From Squalus acanthias (lineage: Eukaryota), in assembly GCA_030390025.1 (NCBI GenBank), contig CM059425.1, positions 164,178,001 through 164,242,000 on the forward strand: a stretch of 64,000 nt of DNA. The letters are read 5' to 3'. Below, piece after piece: positions 12,382 to 24,758 of this stretch. A program made the position numbers and the translations under genes. Numbering within the stretch: the first letter of the stretch is position 1; every line of letters starts with the position of its first letter. The notes below the pieces were generated by a model. That model saw only the letters and a list, made by a program, of their open reading frames with translations. It had not been told where the DNA came from and did not search any database.

Positions 12382-13189
12382 GACTGGGAACAAGTGGTCT
12401 GAACAGAAACCTTGAATTCAGAAGCAAGGCCTTCTCCACTTGCAGCACCACTCCTTGTCACCTCACCAACTTTAAACAACTCTAGAAAGCTCCAAACAGT
12501 TGCACAAACTTACACAGAGCCAGTAGAAATCAAAAAGTCAAGTCACCTGCAAGTTGTTGGTGATCCCTTTAAATACCGTTGTTGGAGGGTTCCTCGTGCA
12601 GCTGAACGCACATTCAACTGTTTGTGTTTTGGAGAGGGCATTGAACGGAGCAGCAACGTCAAAAATGGCAGGTCGTGCGTCAATTCAGCTTTACACACTG
12701 AGTGACGTCACGATCTGCCTCATTACTATTTTTGTAGCGAGCTCAGGCAACGGCCGTACTGCTGACCTTCCCAAAATGACGGCTGCCGTGGGAAGCGCCG
12801 GAAGTGGGTGGAAGCGAGGTGCCACCATTTTCTAGCCAAAACCGGCCTTAACGGCCTTCGCTAAGGTGCCAAATTTCACGGCCATTCAGTTACATTTCTT
12901 GGCATAAAATATCACATTTGTGAAACAATTCCTAGTTCTATAATATAATAGTAGTTAGGCTTGTGTTCATGTTTTTGCATGGTTCCCAATGCTGTATGGG
13001 TTATCTGCTTTTATTATGCTGTATTACATTTTGTAAATCTTTGAAATATAAAAAGTTTAAATAGTTATATACATTTGAAGGTTATTATTTAACATTAAAT
13101 GGGACAAGAGCTAAAGGCTGCTGAAATTTAGAATACTTGTAATCATCTAAAATCTATTGCAGGAAATGACCAAAACTAAGATGAACATT

Positions 13190-13949
13190 GGGCCAAATTT
13201 TGCTGTAGCAGGACATATGCTGTTAGTTAGACTTGCCCTTGCATATGTAGCTTTTTAAATTTTTTGCGTGGCTAGTTGCTGAAAGTGCAAGCTGCTAACG
13301 TCGCAGTGAGGTAAACTGGGCATCCAGGACCTGAGCGAACAGGGAAAACAGCTGTGTATCACCTTAACCAATCAGATTGAAGGATTGTGAAATTAACAGC
13401 ACAAGGGCTGAGAGGGACATGTAAATTAGAGTGGGTGAACTCAATGTCAAATTAGGTATAGAAAGAGAAATAAAGAGAGGGAAAGAATGACTGGATTAAG
13501 GGAGAAAAAAGAGATATTTTTCATTTAAAATTTAACATTTTAAAATCTCTAACAACATTAAAACCTGTTGGAATGAGACTCCACATTTGTAATAGTTAAT
13601 TTTTAGTGCCAGAGAGGTTGATTGGCAGTAGTTAACACTTATCAGGTTGTTAAAAGGGTACTTATCTTAAAGGGTAATGACTTGACTTAACTTTCTGTGG
13701 CGAGTTTAGATCATATCTACAGCGCAAATACTGCAGCTTCACGCCATTCAATGCATTTCAATGGTGAGGTAAACAGCGAGATGCCGTTTTCACAAACCTA
13801 ACATAGGAGCAGTGCAAATCGGACAGAAACTTTTGGATTTTGAGTTTAACCACGCATCTGCCCCTCGCTAAAAGTTGCTGTACCATTTGTGCATAAATAA
13901 CGGTGAGCACCAGTAGCCTCACCGTTACATTGGGAGCAAAATCTGGACC
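13190..13949. mobile_element. Harbinger-type MITE, family C
   Basis: TIR GGGCCAAATTTTGCT / AGCAAAATCTGGACC, TSD ATT; homologous to 28418-30846. Confidence 0.8.
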
Positions 13950-15130
13950 ATTGTATAGAATAGGTTTTATAGACAGTATTTAAATTGTTTCTTACATTTT
14001 TAAGCATAAACTTTATTAAAAAAAGAAAAATTAAAATAGACATTGTAAGCGTATTTAGGATTTACTTTTTGAATCCTTACTCTCCTATACAAATGGGAAA
14101 ACCTGAACATTTACTGGAGCAAATGTTGTGGTTAGCACCTTAAGGATTAACAGAACGGATGTATTAAATTAGACTTGGCTGAACGTAATGTGCTTTCAGG
14201 CTATTTAATGAATCACAAACATTTGTTTGCAACACTGAAGATAACTAAGCACATATAAATTGTGTTGTGTCAGCAGATTTAATGCCTCACATCTCAATGA
14301 ATTATACTCCAGCCAGTAAGGAAAGCAGATCGCATCATTCTGTTTTCAATTAAACTGACTTGCTCACAGGATTTGATCTGGATTGTGGAGGCAGTATCCA
14401 TAGAAACCACAGACCACTTATAATAAAGGGATTCAGATGAAAAACGAGTTAGACAGTGCTGAAAGGGGATATAAAAATAGAAAGACTACACAACAGCACA
14501 TATTTTTTTCTAAATTATCCCATTCATATCAAAGATTCCATTTCCAATCTGTGACTGTTCCATTGCAATACTAATCATTTATATAAATGATGTCATATTT
14601 TGTTGACCACTTTCATATTCATACTTCGAAATATATCTTCAATACCCATCAAGAAATTGCAGAAGAGTGCTTTTAAAATACACCTTTTATTTTATTACTA
14701 TTTAATATTGATATATGCTAAGCCATTTATTTATGCAATACGTCTACATTAAAACTTTGCTTCCTTGCACAAATTAAACTCCATAATGGTTCTCAACATG
14801 TGGAAATGAAAGGGCTTAGATAAAGTTTGTTTTTCAAATCAAGGAGATATACATCACTGAATTTACCTTTGCCATTAGATTATGCTTTCAATTCAGGGAG
14901 GCTGTGGCCTGATCTCCCACCTGCCACCCCACGTTAATGTATGATGTCAGGCAGGAATGCTCCTCCAGGGCCCACAAAAATAATCTAGGCCACTGGTACC
15001 CCCACCTTCCGAGATCGCGACCCCGACCACAACAGCTACATTTGCTGACCACAATGTTTTGCCCAGTGAAGAACTGTAAAGATAACACAGGAAAGTGGGA
15101 GGTGGAATTGGACACCACTCACCCAGCACT

Positions 15131-16005
15131 CATAGAATCATAGAATGATACAGCACAGACGGAGGCCATTCGGCCCATCTTGCCTGTGCTGGCTTCTTGA
15201 AAGAGCTATCCAGTTAATCCCATTCCCCTGCCCTTTCCCCATAGCCCTGTAAATTTTTTCTCTTCAAGTATTTATCCAATTCACTTTTGAAATTTATTAT
15301 TGAATCTGCTTCCACCACCCCTTCAGGCCGTGCATTCCAGATCATAACAACTCGCTGCATAAAAAAAATTCTCCTCATTTTGCCTTTGATTATTTTGCTG
15401 ATTAACTTAAATCTGTGTCCTTTGGTTACCGACCCTTCTGCCAGTGGAAACAGTTTCTCCGTATTTACTGTATCAAAACTCTTCATGATTTTCAACACCT
15501 CTATTAAATCTCCCTTTAACCTTCTCTGCTCCAAGGAGATCAAACCCAGCTTTTCTAGTCTCCACGTAACTGACGCCCTGCATACCTTGTACCATTCTAG
15601 TAAATCTCTTCTGCACCCGCCCAAAGGCCTTGACATCGTCCCTAAAGTGTGGTGCCCAGATTTGGCCACAATGCTCCAGCTGGGGCCTAACCAGTGATTT
15701 ATAAAGGTTTAGTATAACTTCCTTGCTCTATTAATAAGCCAAGGACCCCGTATGCTTTTTTTTATCAGCCTTCTCAACTGATCCTGCCACCTTCAAAGAT
15801 TTGTGTATGTGAACCCCCAGGTCTCTCTGTTCCTGCACCCACTTTAAAATTGTACCATTTTGTTTAAATTGCCTCTCCTCATTCTTCCTACCAAAATGCA
15901 TCATTTCACACTTCCCTGAGTTAAATTTCATCTGTCATGTGTCAGCCCATTTCTGTCTGTCTATGCCCTCTTGAAGTCTGTTACAATCCTCCTCACTGTT
16001 TACTA
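15131..16005 (-). mobile_element. 5'-truncated CR1 LINE
   Basis: (catagaat)n tail; ORFs 15214-15669 (LEQRRLKGDLIEV...QRVVMIWN...QGYGERAGEWD) and 15731-15931 (MKFNSGKCEMMHFGRKN). Confidence 0.9.
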
Positions 16006-16189
16006 CATGATACAATGATAATGGAGTTATGACTAATCATAGCAATCAATCTCTACCAATTAGTCGACAACAGACCCAGATGTGGACTTTCACTATGCTT
16101 TATTGAATATACATGAGAACTAAGACTCTGGACTCTTTCTAACCCATGGCATTGAAGCTACCCCTGGGGGACACAACTGTATATGTCTC

Positions 16190-16312
16190 TCCAGTCTGAA
16201 AAACAACCATTCACCACTACTCTCTGCTTTCTGTCCCTTACCCAATTTCGTATCCATTGCTCCTTTAATGCCATGGGCTTCAATTTTGCTAACAACTCTA
16301 TTATGTGGTACT
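16190..16312 (-). mobile_element. Small CR1 RT fragment
   Basis: Reverse complement corresponds to the VPH.RL..KI.AHGI...KQRVVVNGCFSDW region of CR1 RT. Confidence 0.65.
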
Positions 16313-17461
16313 ATTGTTTTATAGCCTGAAAATAAATATAATCGGTGTTGGGACTATGGGTTTATTATGTGGTACTTCTGCCTGGAATGTGTCATTTGAA
16401 CCAGTCAGTGGCAGTCAGGCTGTAGACAGGCAGTGCTACATTGAAGCTCTTTACATTCCTGCGCAGGCGGATGACATCATCGGGCCAGCTGGCAACGGGA
16501 AATCGCCACTCCGCGTCAGTAATCACAGCGTTTTGGATATTCCAAAAGTCAACAACCCACGGAGAACCAATTGTGCAAATGGAGCAGCTCCACCTCAGGC
16601 TCATATTGCAGATTTCATTCCTGAGTGAAATGGAAACACTGGGATGAGGACAAATACTGTAAAACATCACTCAGTTTCTTCCAAGTGTGTGAAATATTGC
16701 AGCTGTCACACTTAAATAGAGGAATGCACACAAATATACCAAAATATGGATTTGGGCATGTTCAGTCATTACTGGCTGTACTAAGAACTATTAGGAGCAG
16801 ATGGAAATTTCAATATTATTTCACTAAAGCAAACAAAAATAGATTGTGGTTTACTTAGATTGATACAACCAGCCTGAGTTTCAATCCTTTCCAACCAAGG
16901 TCTTGTCTCAGATTAAGCCTCACTAAACCAGATAAGCAGACATTTGCAGGAATTTACAATCTCCTAACAAGCATCGCATTCATGTATTACTGAAATATAT
17001 ACACCAACATTTCCACTATTTGATTATCCACTCTTACATACTTTGAAATATTTTGCCCATTTCTTATTTCTTTCATCCACCCATTTTAATTTATTTTCTT
17101 CCCCACCAGTTATTGTGTACTACTCCTGTCTCTGTGATTGGCCAAACTTCATTCTCCAAGGCCTTACCTAACCATTTGCTTGGTGGTTTGTGCATGAAAG
17201 TCAACTCACCTTTATGCACAGAAAGTGGCATTCTCCCACTCCATGGTGCAACTGAGTGCGTCACCACCAAATTAAAATAAAGTAACCACATAGTACACAA
17301 TGTTATCTGCAGTCGACAAATTCAGTGGCAAACTATTACTCAAGTATCACATAAGTATTCAAGTCTACTAGTGTGTAAAAATTATTGCTCACTCAAGGTC
17401 ACTGTAACCTGAGAATAAACTGTTACAGCCTGAAAATAAATATGATCGGCATTGGGACTAT

Positions 17462-19447
17462 GGGGCTGAAATTCCTCAGGGATGCATTGCAGGCATCCGC
17501 TAGACAGAGGGACAGGAAATGTGACATTGACAAGCAGGTTCCAGATCTGCCACTACCAATAGCCCAGAAGAAGCCAAGTAAAGCCCGCTTTGGCCCCCCT
17601 TTATAAGAAGGGTGAAGAAATCTAAAAAAAACCTGCTAAATCTTTTGGGGTCCCAGGCTAGGTTACAGGCCTGAACCTCTAAGTGGATTTGATTACTGCC
17701 AGCCAGCAGGCTGATACACCTCTTCTCACCAGATTCCAGGTAAGGACTGAGGAATCATCTACCCTGGGAGCCCCTCCCCCGGTCCAAACCCCTTTGGGGT
17801 AGGTGAAGCAGACAGAGGGAAATTAGGAGTGCAGGTGAGGACAAGGCAAAATATAGATTTTTAAATATATATATATATATTAAAGCAGCCACTTTACAAA
17901 GGGGATCTCTGGGTGAACGTGTATGTTCTTTTTGTGGGGAAGGTAACCAGGCACACCCCAGAACCACCAGGTTGCCATATTGGGGCAGGCAGGTACCCTA
18001 GATGTAACCCTTGTGGCGCAGGTGCCCACCATTCACATGCAAAGCCTGACCCCCCCGTTAACTTTGGCAGAAGTCCCAGCCGGCACCACCCGGCAATTAC
18101 GCAGATATTCAGTCCTAAAAAGTGCAATTCTGGCTCAAAAACCAGGAAATTGCTCCAGGTATTTAGTTAAATATTTTTGTATGTATTCTGGGCATTTAAT
18201 TAGGCAAATGCATGAAATATGCACAAGGGAGCTAAACTGCACTGCAGCAACATCCTGGCATAAGTGCCCACTAAGAATGACCACTGTTGAGCCTACTAAT
18301 CCCACCTCCCCACCCGTCCCCCCTCCCCCGCACCGTGGAAATCAGGAACTCAGGTTGGGCCCAGCATATCCAGGTCCTGGCCAATTTCTTGGGCCTTCTG
18401 CTAAACTCTTGCTGTACTGACAAGCCAATTGTGCCAGAAGACCTACAGAATTTGGACACAATTGCAGAAGGAATGGGGCACAAAACACACCTAAGAACTG
18501 CTTGCCCAATTTTTCAACCTTTTCATATTTGTTGATGGGATGAGAGTGACACTGGTCAGGCCATACTTATTGCCCATCCCTAGTTGCTAATGGAAAGGTG
18601 ATGGCGGGTCTTTTTGAACTGCTGCAGTCCTTGTGGTGATGGTGCTCCCACAGTGGGTAGGAAATTCCAGGATAGTGACCTAGTGAAGATGAATATATGG
18701 AGATATATGTCCAAGGCAGAAGGATGTGTGACTTGAAAAAATATTTCGCAGTGATAGTATTCCCGTGACATTGCGGGAATGCTCTCCTGTTTGGGCTGAG
18801 CAGTGGCAGGGTGGGATCTCTGCCCATCCCTCTGACTCTGTCCTGACCCAACTCAATTTCCCAGGTATGGGGAATTTTGGTCATCATGAGGGAGCCCACC
18901 AGTGCTCAAGAGGAGAATGAGGCGGTGCTGCAATGGGACCGTCAATGCAGCACCCAAAGAGGTGACCAGGGACGTTAAAGGGGCAGAAAAACCCCAAAAA
19001 GAAAGAAAGGTCCCAGCTTTTTAGGCCTTGGCCAATGTCAAGGCCAACAAAGGTAAGTTTTTGGGGACAGAATTGGAGGGAGAGGACTTGTCTTCTAGAC
19101 CTTCTCCTTTCATACACCAAATTTAGGTCTTACTGCCACTTTCACGGGGCTACAATCAGCTTTCACCAGGTAGTCGTGGGGAGCAGGGAGTAAGAGGGGA
19201 AAATGGGAGGGAAATTGTGGCAGGAAGTCAGGCTCCGTGCCTCCACCACCAGCGTTTATATGCACTGCACGAGGAAGGGGCAGCTGGCAGTGACCCTGGT
19301 GCGGGCAGGGGTAAGGAAATAGAGCTCAGGACAAGGAGGCACCGGCAGGCTTCGTCGTCCAAATTTGCTGTTTTCTGCTGCTGTCCGGCCCGATTTCAAA
19401 TGTGATTTGTTTCTTGTCTGCTAAAGCCCAGATTTTATCCAGGCCCT
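17462..19447. mobile_element. Degraded Harbinger-type MITE remnants with an embedded LINE tail
   Basis: TIR-like GGGGCTGAAATTCC at the left end, GC-rich subterminal blocks; ends do not pair cleanly. Confidence 0.35.
18537..18775 (-). mobile_element. 3' end of the tRNA-headed LINE family
   Basis: Reverse complement of 25800-26020 (gggatg...gactgcagcagttcaa...). Confidence 0.75.
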
Positions 19448-19454
19448 TCTAAGA

Positions 19455-19822
19455 AAAAACCTTTCATTTACATAGAGTGGGTTTCACAACCTCAGGACAT
19501 TCTATAGTGCTTTGCTGCCATAGAATTATTTTGAAGTGTAGTCACATGTTGTAATGTAGGAAACACGGCAGCCAATTTGCACACAGCAAGGTCCCACAAA
19601 CAGCAATGAAACAAATGATCAGGTCATCCATTTTTAAGTGTTGGTTGAGGGATTACTATTGAACAGTGCCATGTGATATTTTATGTCCACCTGAGAGGGC
19701 ATATGGGGCCTCAGTTTAACGTCTCATCCAAACGACGTCACCTCCGACAGTGCAGCACTCCCTCAGTACTGCACTGAAGTGCCAGCATAGATTACGTTCT
19801 CAAGTCTCTGGAGTGGGGCTTG
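19455..19822 (-). mobile_element. tRNA-derived SINE (DeuSINE/SacSINE1-like), partial
   Basis: Reverse complement of 32895-33270. Confidence 0.8.
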
Positions 19823-20690
19823 CTATAGGCTGACATGTGCTGCTTCATTATCAGAGTAGTTATGAACAAATTTGAATACTGTGGAATTGTCAGCGAGCAG
19901 CATCACTCCTGACCTATGACGGAGGTCATTGATGAAGCAGCTGGAGATGGTTGAGCCAAGGACACTGCCCTGATGAACCCCTGCTGTGATGTTCTGCAAC
20001 TGCGATGATTGGCCTTCAACAACTGCAACCACCTCCCTATGTGCCAGATATGACTCCAGGCATTGGAGAGTTTTACCATCGACCTGCATTGAACTCAGTT
20101 TTGCAAGGGCCCCTGTGCTCGGGCAATCAAATGCTTCCTTAATGCCGAGGGCAGCTACTCTCACCTATCGTCTGGCATTCAGCTCTTGTATCCATGTCTG
20201 GATCAAGGCTGGGATGTCTAGAGCTATGTGATACTGATAGAACCTGAACTGAGTGTCAAGAAGCAGGTTATTTGTGAGTAGGTGTTTTTGATGGCATTAT
20301 TGATGACTCTTTTCATCACTTTATTGATGATTGGAAGGAAGCTGATAGGGCGGTAATTGGCTGGGTTTGGTTTGTTCTGTTTTTTGTGGATAGGACATAC
20401 CTGGGCAATTTTACGCATTGTCAGGCAGATGCCAGTATCATAGTGGCACTGGAATAGTTTGGCGAGGAGAGTGACTAATTCTGATGCACGGGTCTTCTGC
20501 ATTACAGCTGAAGCAATATCAGGGTTCATAGTCTTCTCTGTGCCCAGTACACTCAGCTGCTTTTTAATGTCAGATGGAGTGAGCTGAATTGACTGCAAAG
20601 CGGCATCTATGATGGTGGGGAGTGGGGACCTCAGGAAAAGGATGAGTAAGATTATGGAATGAGCACTTTTGGCTGAAGAGGATTGAAACC
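19823..20690 (-). mobile_element. RT fragment of the tRNA-headed LINE family
   Basis: ORFs 19823-20164 (GVHQGSVLG) and 20224-20709 (NPANYRPIS) are homologous to 24872-25399 and its upstream region. Confidence 0.85.
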
Positions 20691-22587
20691 TTGGGCTAAA
20701 AAAGCCCATTCGCCGGGGCTTTACTTTTAGTCATCAGCAAACTTGGCTATGTGGCTTTCTATCCCATCATTTAAGTCATTAATAAATACGGTGAATAGAT
20801 GAGACACCATTAGTCACATCCTGCCAATTAGAGTACCTGCCTATTATCCCTACTCTCTGTCTCCTGCCGCTCAGCCAATTTCCTAACCAGGTCAATAGTT
20901 TGCCTTCAATTCCAATGAGCTTCAACTTTAGTTAACAGTTTCTTATGAGAGACTTTATCAAATGCTTTCTGGAAGTCCATATAAATAACATCCATAGATA
21001 TTCCCCTGTCCACTACTTTAGTAACCTCTTCAAAAATTCAATCAGGTTCATCAGGCATGATCTAACCTTTACAAATCTATGCTGGCTCTCTCTGATCAGC
21101 TGAAACTTTTCAAGATATTCAGTCACTCTATCCTTAATTATAGACTCCAGTAATTTTCCAACAACAGATGTTAGGCTAACTGATCCATAATCCCCTGGTT
21201 TCCCTCTCTCAGCTTTCTTAAATAGTGGAGTGACATGCGCAATTTCCCAAATCGAGAGAACTTTGGAAGATTATAGTTAGAGCATCTGTAATATTCTCAT
21301 TTACTTCCTTTAAAACCCTGGGATGGAAACCCCCATCTGGCCCTGGGGATTTGTCACTCTTTAGTGCCATTATTTTCTTCATTACTGTTATTTTGCTTAC
21401 ATTAATTTTGGTGAATACCCATCCCTGATTCAATAGTAGTTTCCTTGGATGTCCGACATGCTATCCTCTTCCTCTACTGTAAATATTGACGCAAAGTAAT
21501 TATTTAACATATCCGCCATTTCCTTATTTTCATTGAGTATATCACCATTACCGGGAATGGTAGTGTAGTGGTAATGTCACTGGGCTAGTAATCCTAGAGA
21601 CCTAGACCAATGATCCAGTAGACGTGAGTTCAAATCCCACCATAGCAGCTGGGGAATTTAAATTCAGTTAATTAAATACTTGTATCAGTAATGGTAACCA
21701 TGAAACTATCGGATTGTCATAAAAACCCATCTGATTCACTAATGTCCTTTAGGGAAGGAAATCTGCCATCCTTGTCTGGCCTATATGTGACTCCAGACCC
21801 ACAGCAATGTGGTTGACTCTTAACTGCCCTCTGAAATGGCTTACGAACTGCTACAAAAATTAATAAGAATGAAAACGGACAGACCACCCGGCATCGACCT
21901 TGGCACTGGCTACGGACACGGCAACAACACACCCAGCCCAGTCAACCCTGCAAAGTCCTCCTCACCAACATCTGGGGACTTGTGCCAAAATTGGGAGAGC
22001 TGTCCCACAGACTAGTCATACTCACAGAATCATAACTTTCAGCCAATGTCCCAAACTCCTCCATCACCATCCCTGGGTCTGTCCTGGTGGCACAGTTGGG
22101 AAGGAGTGGCCTTGGGAGTTCTCAACATTGATTCTGGACCCCATGAAGTCTCATGGCTTCAGGTCAAGCATGGGCAAGGAAACCTCCTGCTGATTACCAG
22201 CTACTGCCCTCCCTCAGCTGATGAATCAGTACTCCTCCATGTTGAACACTACCACTTGGAAGAAGCACTGAGAGTAGCAAAGGTGTACTCTGGGTGGGGG
22301 ACTTCAAGGTCCATCATTAGCACCACTACTGGCCGAGTCCTGAATGACATAGCTGCCAGTCTGGGCCTGCGACTGGTGGTGAGAGAACCAACACGAGGGA
22401 AAAACCTACTTGACCTCGTCCTCACCAATCTACCTGTTGCAGATGCATCTGTCCATGATAGCATTGGTAGCAGTGACCACCGCACAGTCATTGTGGAGAC
22501 GAAGTCCCGTCTTCACACTGAGGACACCCTCCATCGTGTTGTGTGGCACTACCACCGTGCTAAATGGGATAGCACCTGCTCACTGAT

Positions 22588-24758
22588 ATGATAGCAAAAT
22601 ACTGCGGATGCTGGGAATCCGAAATAACAACAGAAAACGCTGGAAAAACTCAGCAGGCCAGGCAGTATCCGTGGAGAGAGAAACAGAGTTAACGTTTCAG
22701 GTCGAAGACCTTTCGTCAGAACTGGAAAAAAGCAGGAAATGAAATAGATTTAAAGCTGGGAAAAGGGGGAGGGGATGAAAGAACAAAAGGAGAGACATTA
22801 AGAGATAATCACGGCAAGAGGAGGTGTTGATGTAACAGGTTGAGGCTAAATGAAGTGTGAAATGCACTGGCAGACTGAAGGACAGTTGCCAGCTTCTGGG
22901 AGGAAAACAAAAAGGGGGGGCCAAACAAAAGGGTGGATGAAAAAATAAAATATAAATGTGATAGGGGCCGATGTTATGATCTAAAATTGTTGAACTCGAT
23001 GTTGAGTCCAGAAGGCTGTAGGGTGCCTAAACGAAAGATGAGGTGCTGTTCCTCGAGCTTACGCTGCGCTTCCGTGGAACAGTGTAATAGGCCGAGGACG
23101 GTGAGGTCAGAGTGGGAGTGGAGCGGAGAATTAAAGTGACAGGCCACCGGGAGCTCGGGGTCCCCCTTACGGACTGGATGGAGGTGTTCCGCAAAGCGGT
23201 CACCCAATCTGCGTTTGGTCTCCCCAATGTAGAGGAGACCACATCGTGAGCAGCGAATACAGTATACTAAATTGCAGGAAGTACAAGTAAATCGCTGTTT
23301 CACCTGGAAGGGGTGTTTGGGGCCCTGGACAGTGGGAAGAGGGGTGGTATAAGGGCATGTGTTGCATCTCCTGCGCTTGCACGGGAAGGTGCCGGGCGAA
23401 GGGGAAGGGGTGCTGGGGGTGGTAGAGGAGTGGACTAGGCTGTCGCGGAGGGAGCGGTCCCTACGGAATGCTGAAAGGGGAGGTGAGGGGAAGATGCGTT
23501 TGGTGGTGGGATCACGCTGGAGGTGGCGGAAATGGAGGAGGATGATCCATTGAATGTGGAGGCTGGTGGGGTGAAAGGTGAGGACAAGGGGAACTCTATC
23601 GTGGTTCCGGGAGGGAGGGGCAGGGGTGAGGGCAGAAGTGCAGGAGATAGAATGGACATGGTCGAGGGCTGTGTCAACCACAGTAGAGGGGAATCCTCGG
23701 TTGAGGAAAAAGGAAGACATGTCGGAAGCACTGGTATGGAAGGTGGCAGCGGCGGAGACAGAGAAACTGGGAGAATGGAATAGAGTCCTTACAGGAGGCG
23801 GGGTGGGAGGAAGTGTAGTCCAGGTAGCTGTGGGAGTCAGTGGGCTTGTAGTGAATGTTAGTCAATAACCTATCCCCAGAGATGGAGACGGAGAAATCGA
23901 GGAAGGGAAGGGAAGAGTCGGAGATGGACCATGTGAAGGTGAGGGAAGGGTGGAAATTGGAAGCATAGTGAATGAAATGTTCTAGTTCAGGGCGAGAGCA
24001 GGAGACGGCACCGATACAGTCATCAATGTACCGGAAAAAGAGGTGAGGGAGGGGACCCGAGTAGGACTGGAACAAAGAGTGTTCCACATATCCCACGGAA
24101 AGGCAGGCATAGCTAGGACCCATGCGGGTACCCATAGCAACACCTTTGATTTGGAGGAAATGGATGGAGTCAAAGGAGAAGTTGTTCAATGTGAGAACAA
24201 GTTCAGCCAGGCAGAGGAGGGTGGTGGTGGCTGGGGACTGGTTGGGCCTCTGTTCAAGGAAGAAGCGGAGCACCCTCAGGCCATCCTGGTGGGGGATGGA
24301 GGTGTAGAGGGATTGTACGTCCATAGTGAAAAGGAGGCAGTTGGGGCCGGGAAACTGGAAACTGTTAAAGTGGCGGAGGGCGTCGGAAGAGTTGCGGATG
24401 TAGGTGGGAAGAGACTTCACAAGGGGAGAAAAAATAGAGTCGAGATAGGAAGAGATAAGTTCCATGGGGCAAGAACAGGCTGAAACGATGGGTCTACCGG
24501 GGCAGTCCTGTTTGTGGATCTTGGGAAGGAGGTAGAAGCGGGCTATGCGGGGTTGGGGAACTATGAGGTTGGCTGCCGTGGGGGGAAGGTCTCCAGAGGA
24601 GATGAGGTCAGTGACGGTCTTGGAAATGGTGGCTTGATGTTCGGTAGTGGGGTCATGGTCCAGGTGGAGGTAGGAGGAGGTGTCGGAGAGTTGGTGTTCA
24701 GCTTCTGCTAGGTAGAGGTCGGTACGCCAAACAACAATAGCACCACTCTTGTCAGCAC
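22588..24758 (-). mobile_element. Penelope-like element (Neptune-type Cys-rich linker), 5'-truncated
   Basis: RT (TMDVQSLYT, GVAMG, RYIDD) ORF 23674-24465; GIY-YIG (CKRRRCNTC...LVYCIRCSRCGLLYIGETKR) ORF 22974-23720; 15-bp TSD CACCTGCTCACTGAT (22573-22587, 24759-24773). Confidence 0.93.
22687..22723 (-). ncRNA. Minimal type I hammerhead ribozyme in the Penelope 3' terminal region
   Basis: Minus strand AGUU-CUGACGA-A-AGGUC-UUC-GACCU-GAA-ACGU-U-AACU: intact core, 5-bp stem II, palindromic stem III, 4-bp stem I. Confidence 0.8.

Larger units (their letters stand above)
8880..12883. mobile_element. PIF/Harbinger DNA transposon copy 1 (full length, decayed)
   Basis: TIR GGGGGTGAAATTCG / CAAATTTCACGGCC, TSD ATT; convergent Myb/SANT gene (+) and DDE transposase (-). 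Confidence 0.9.
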
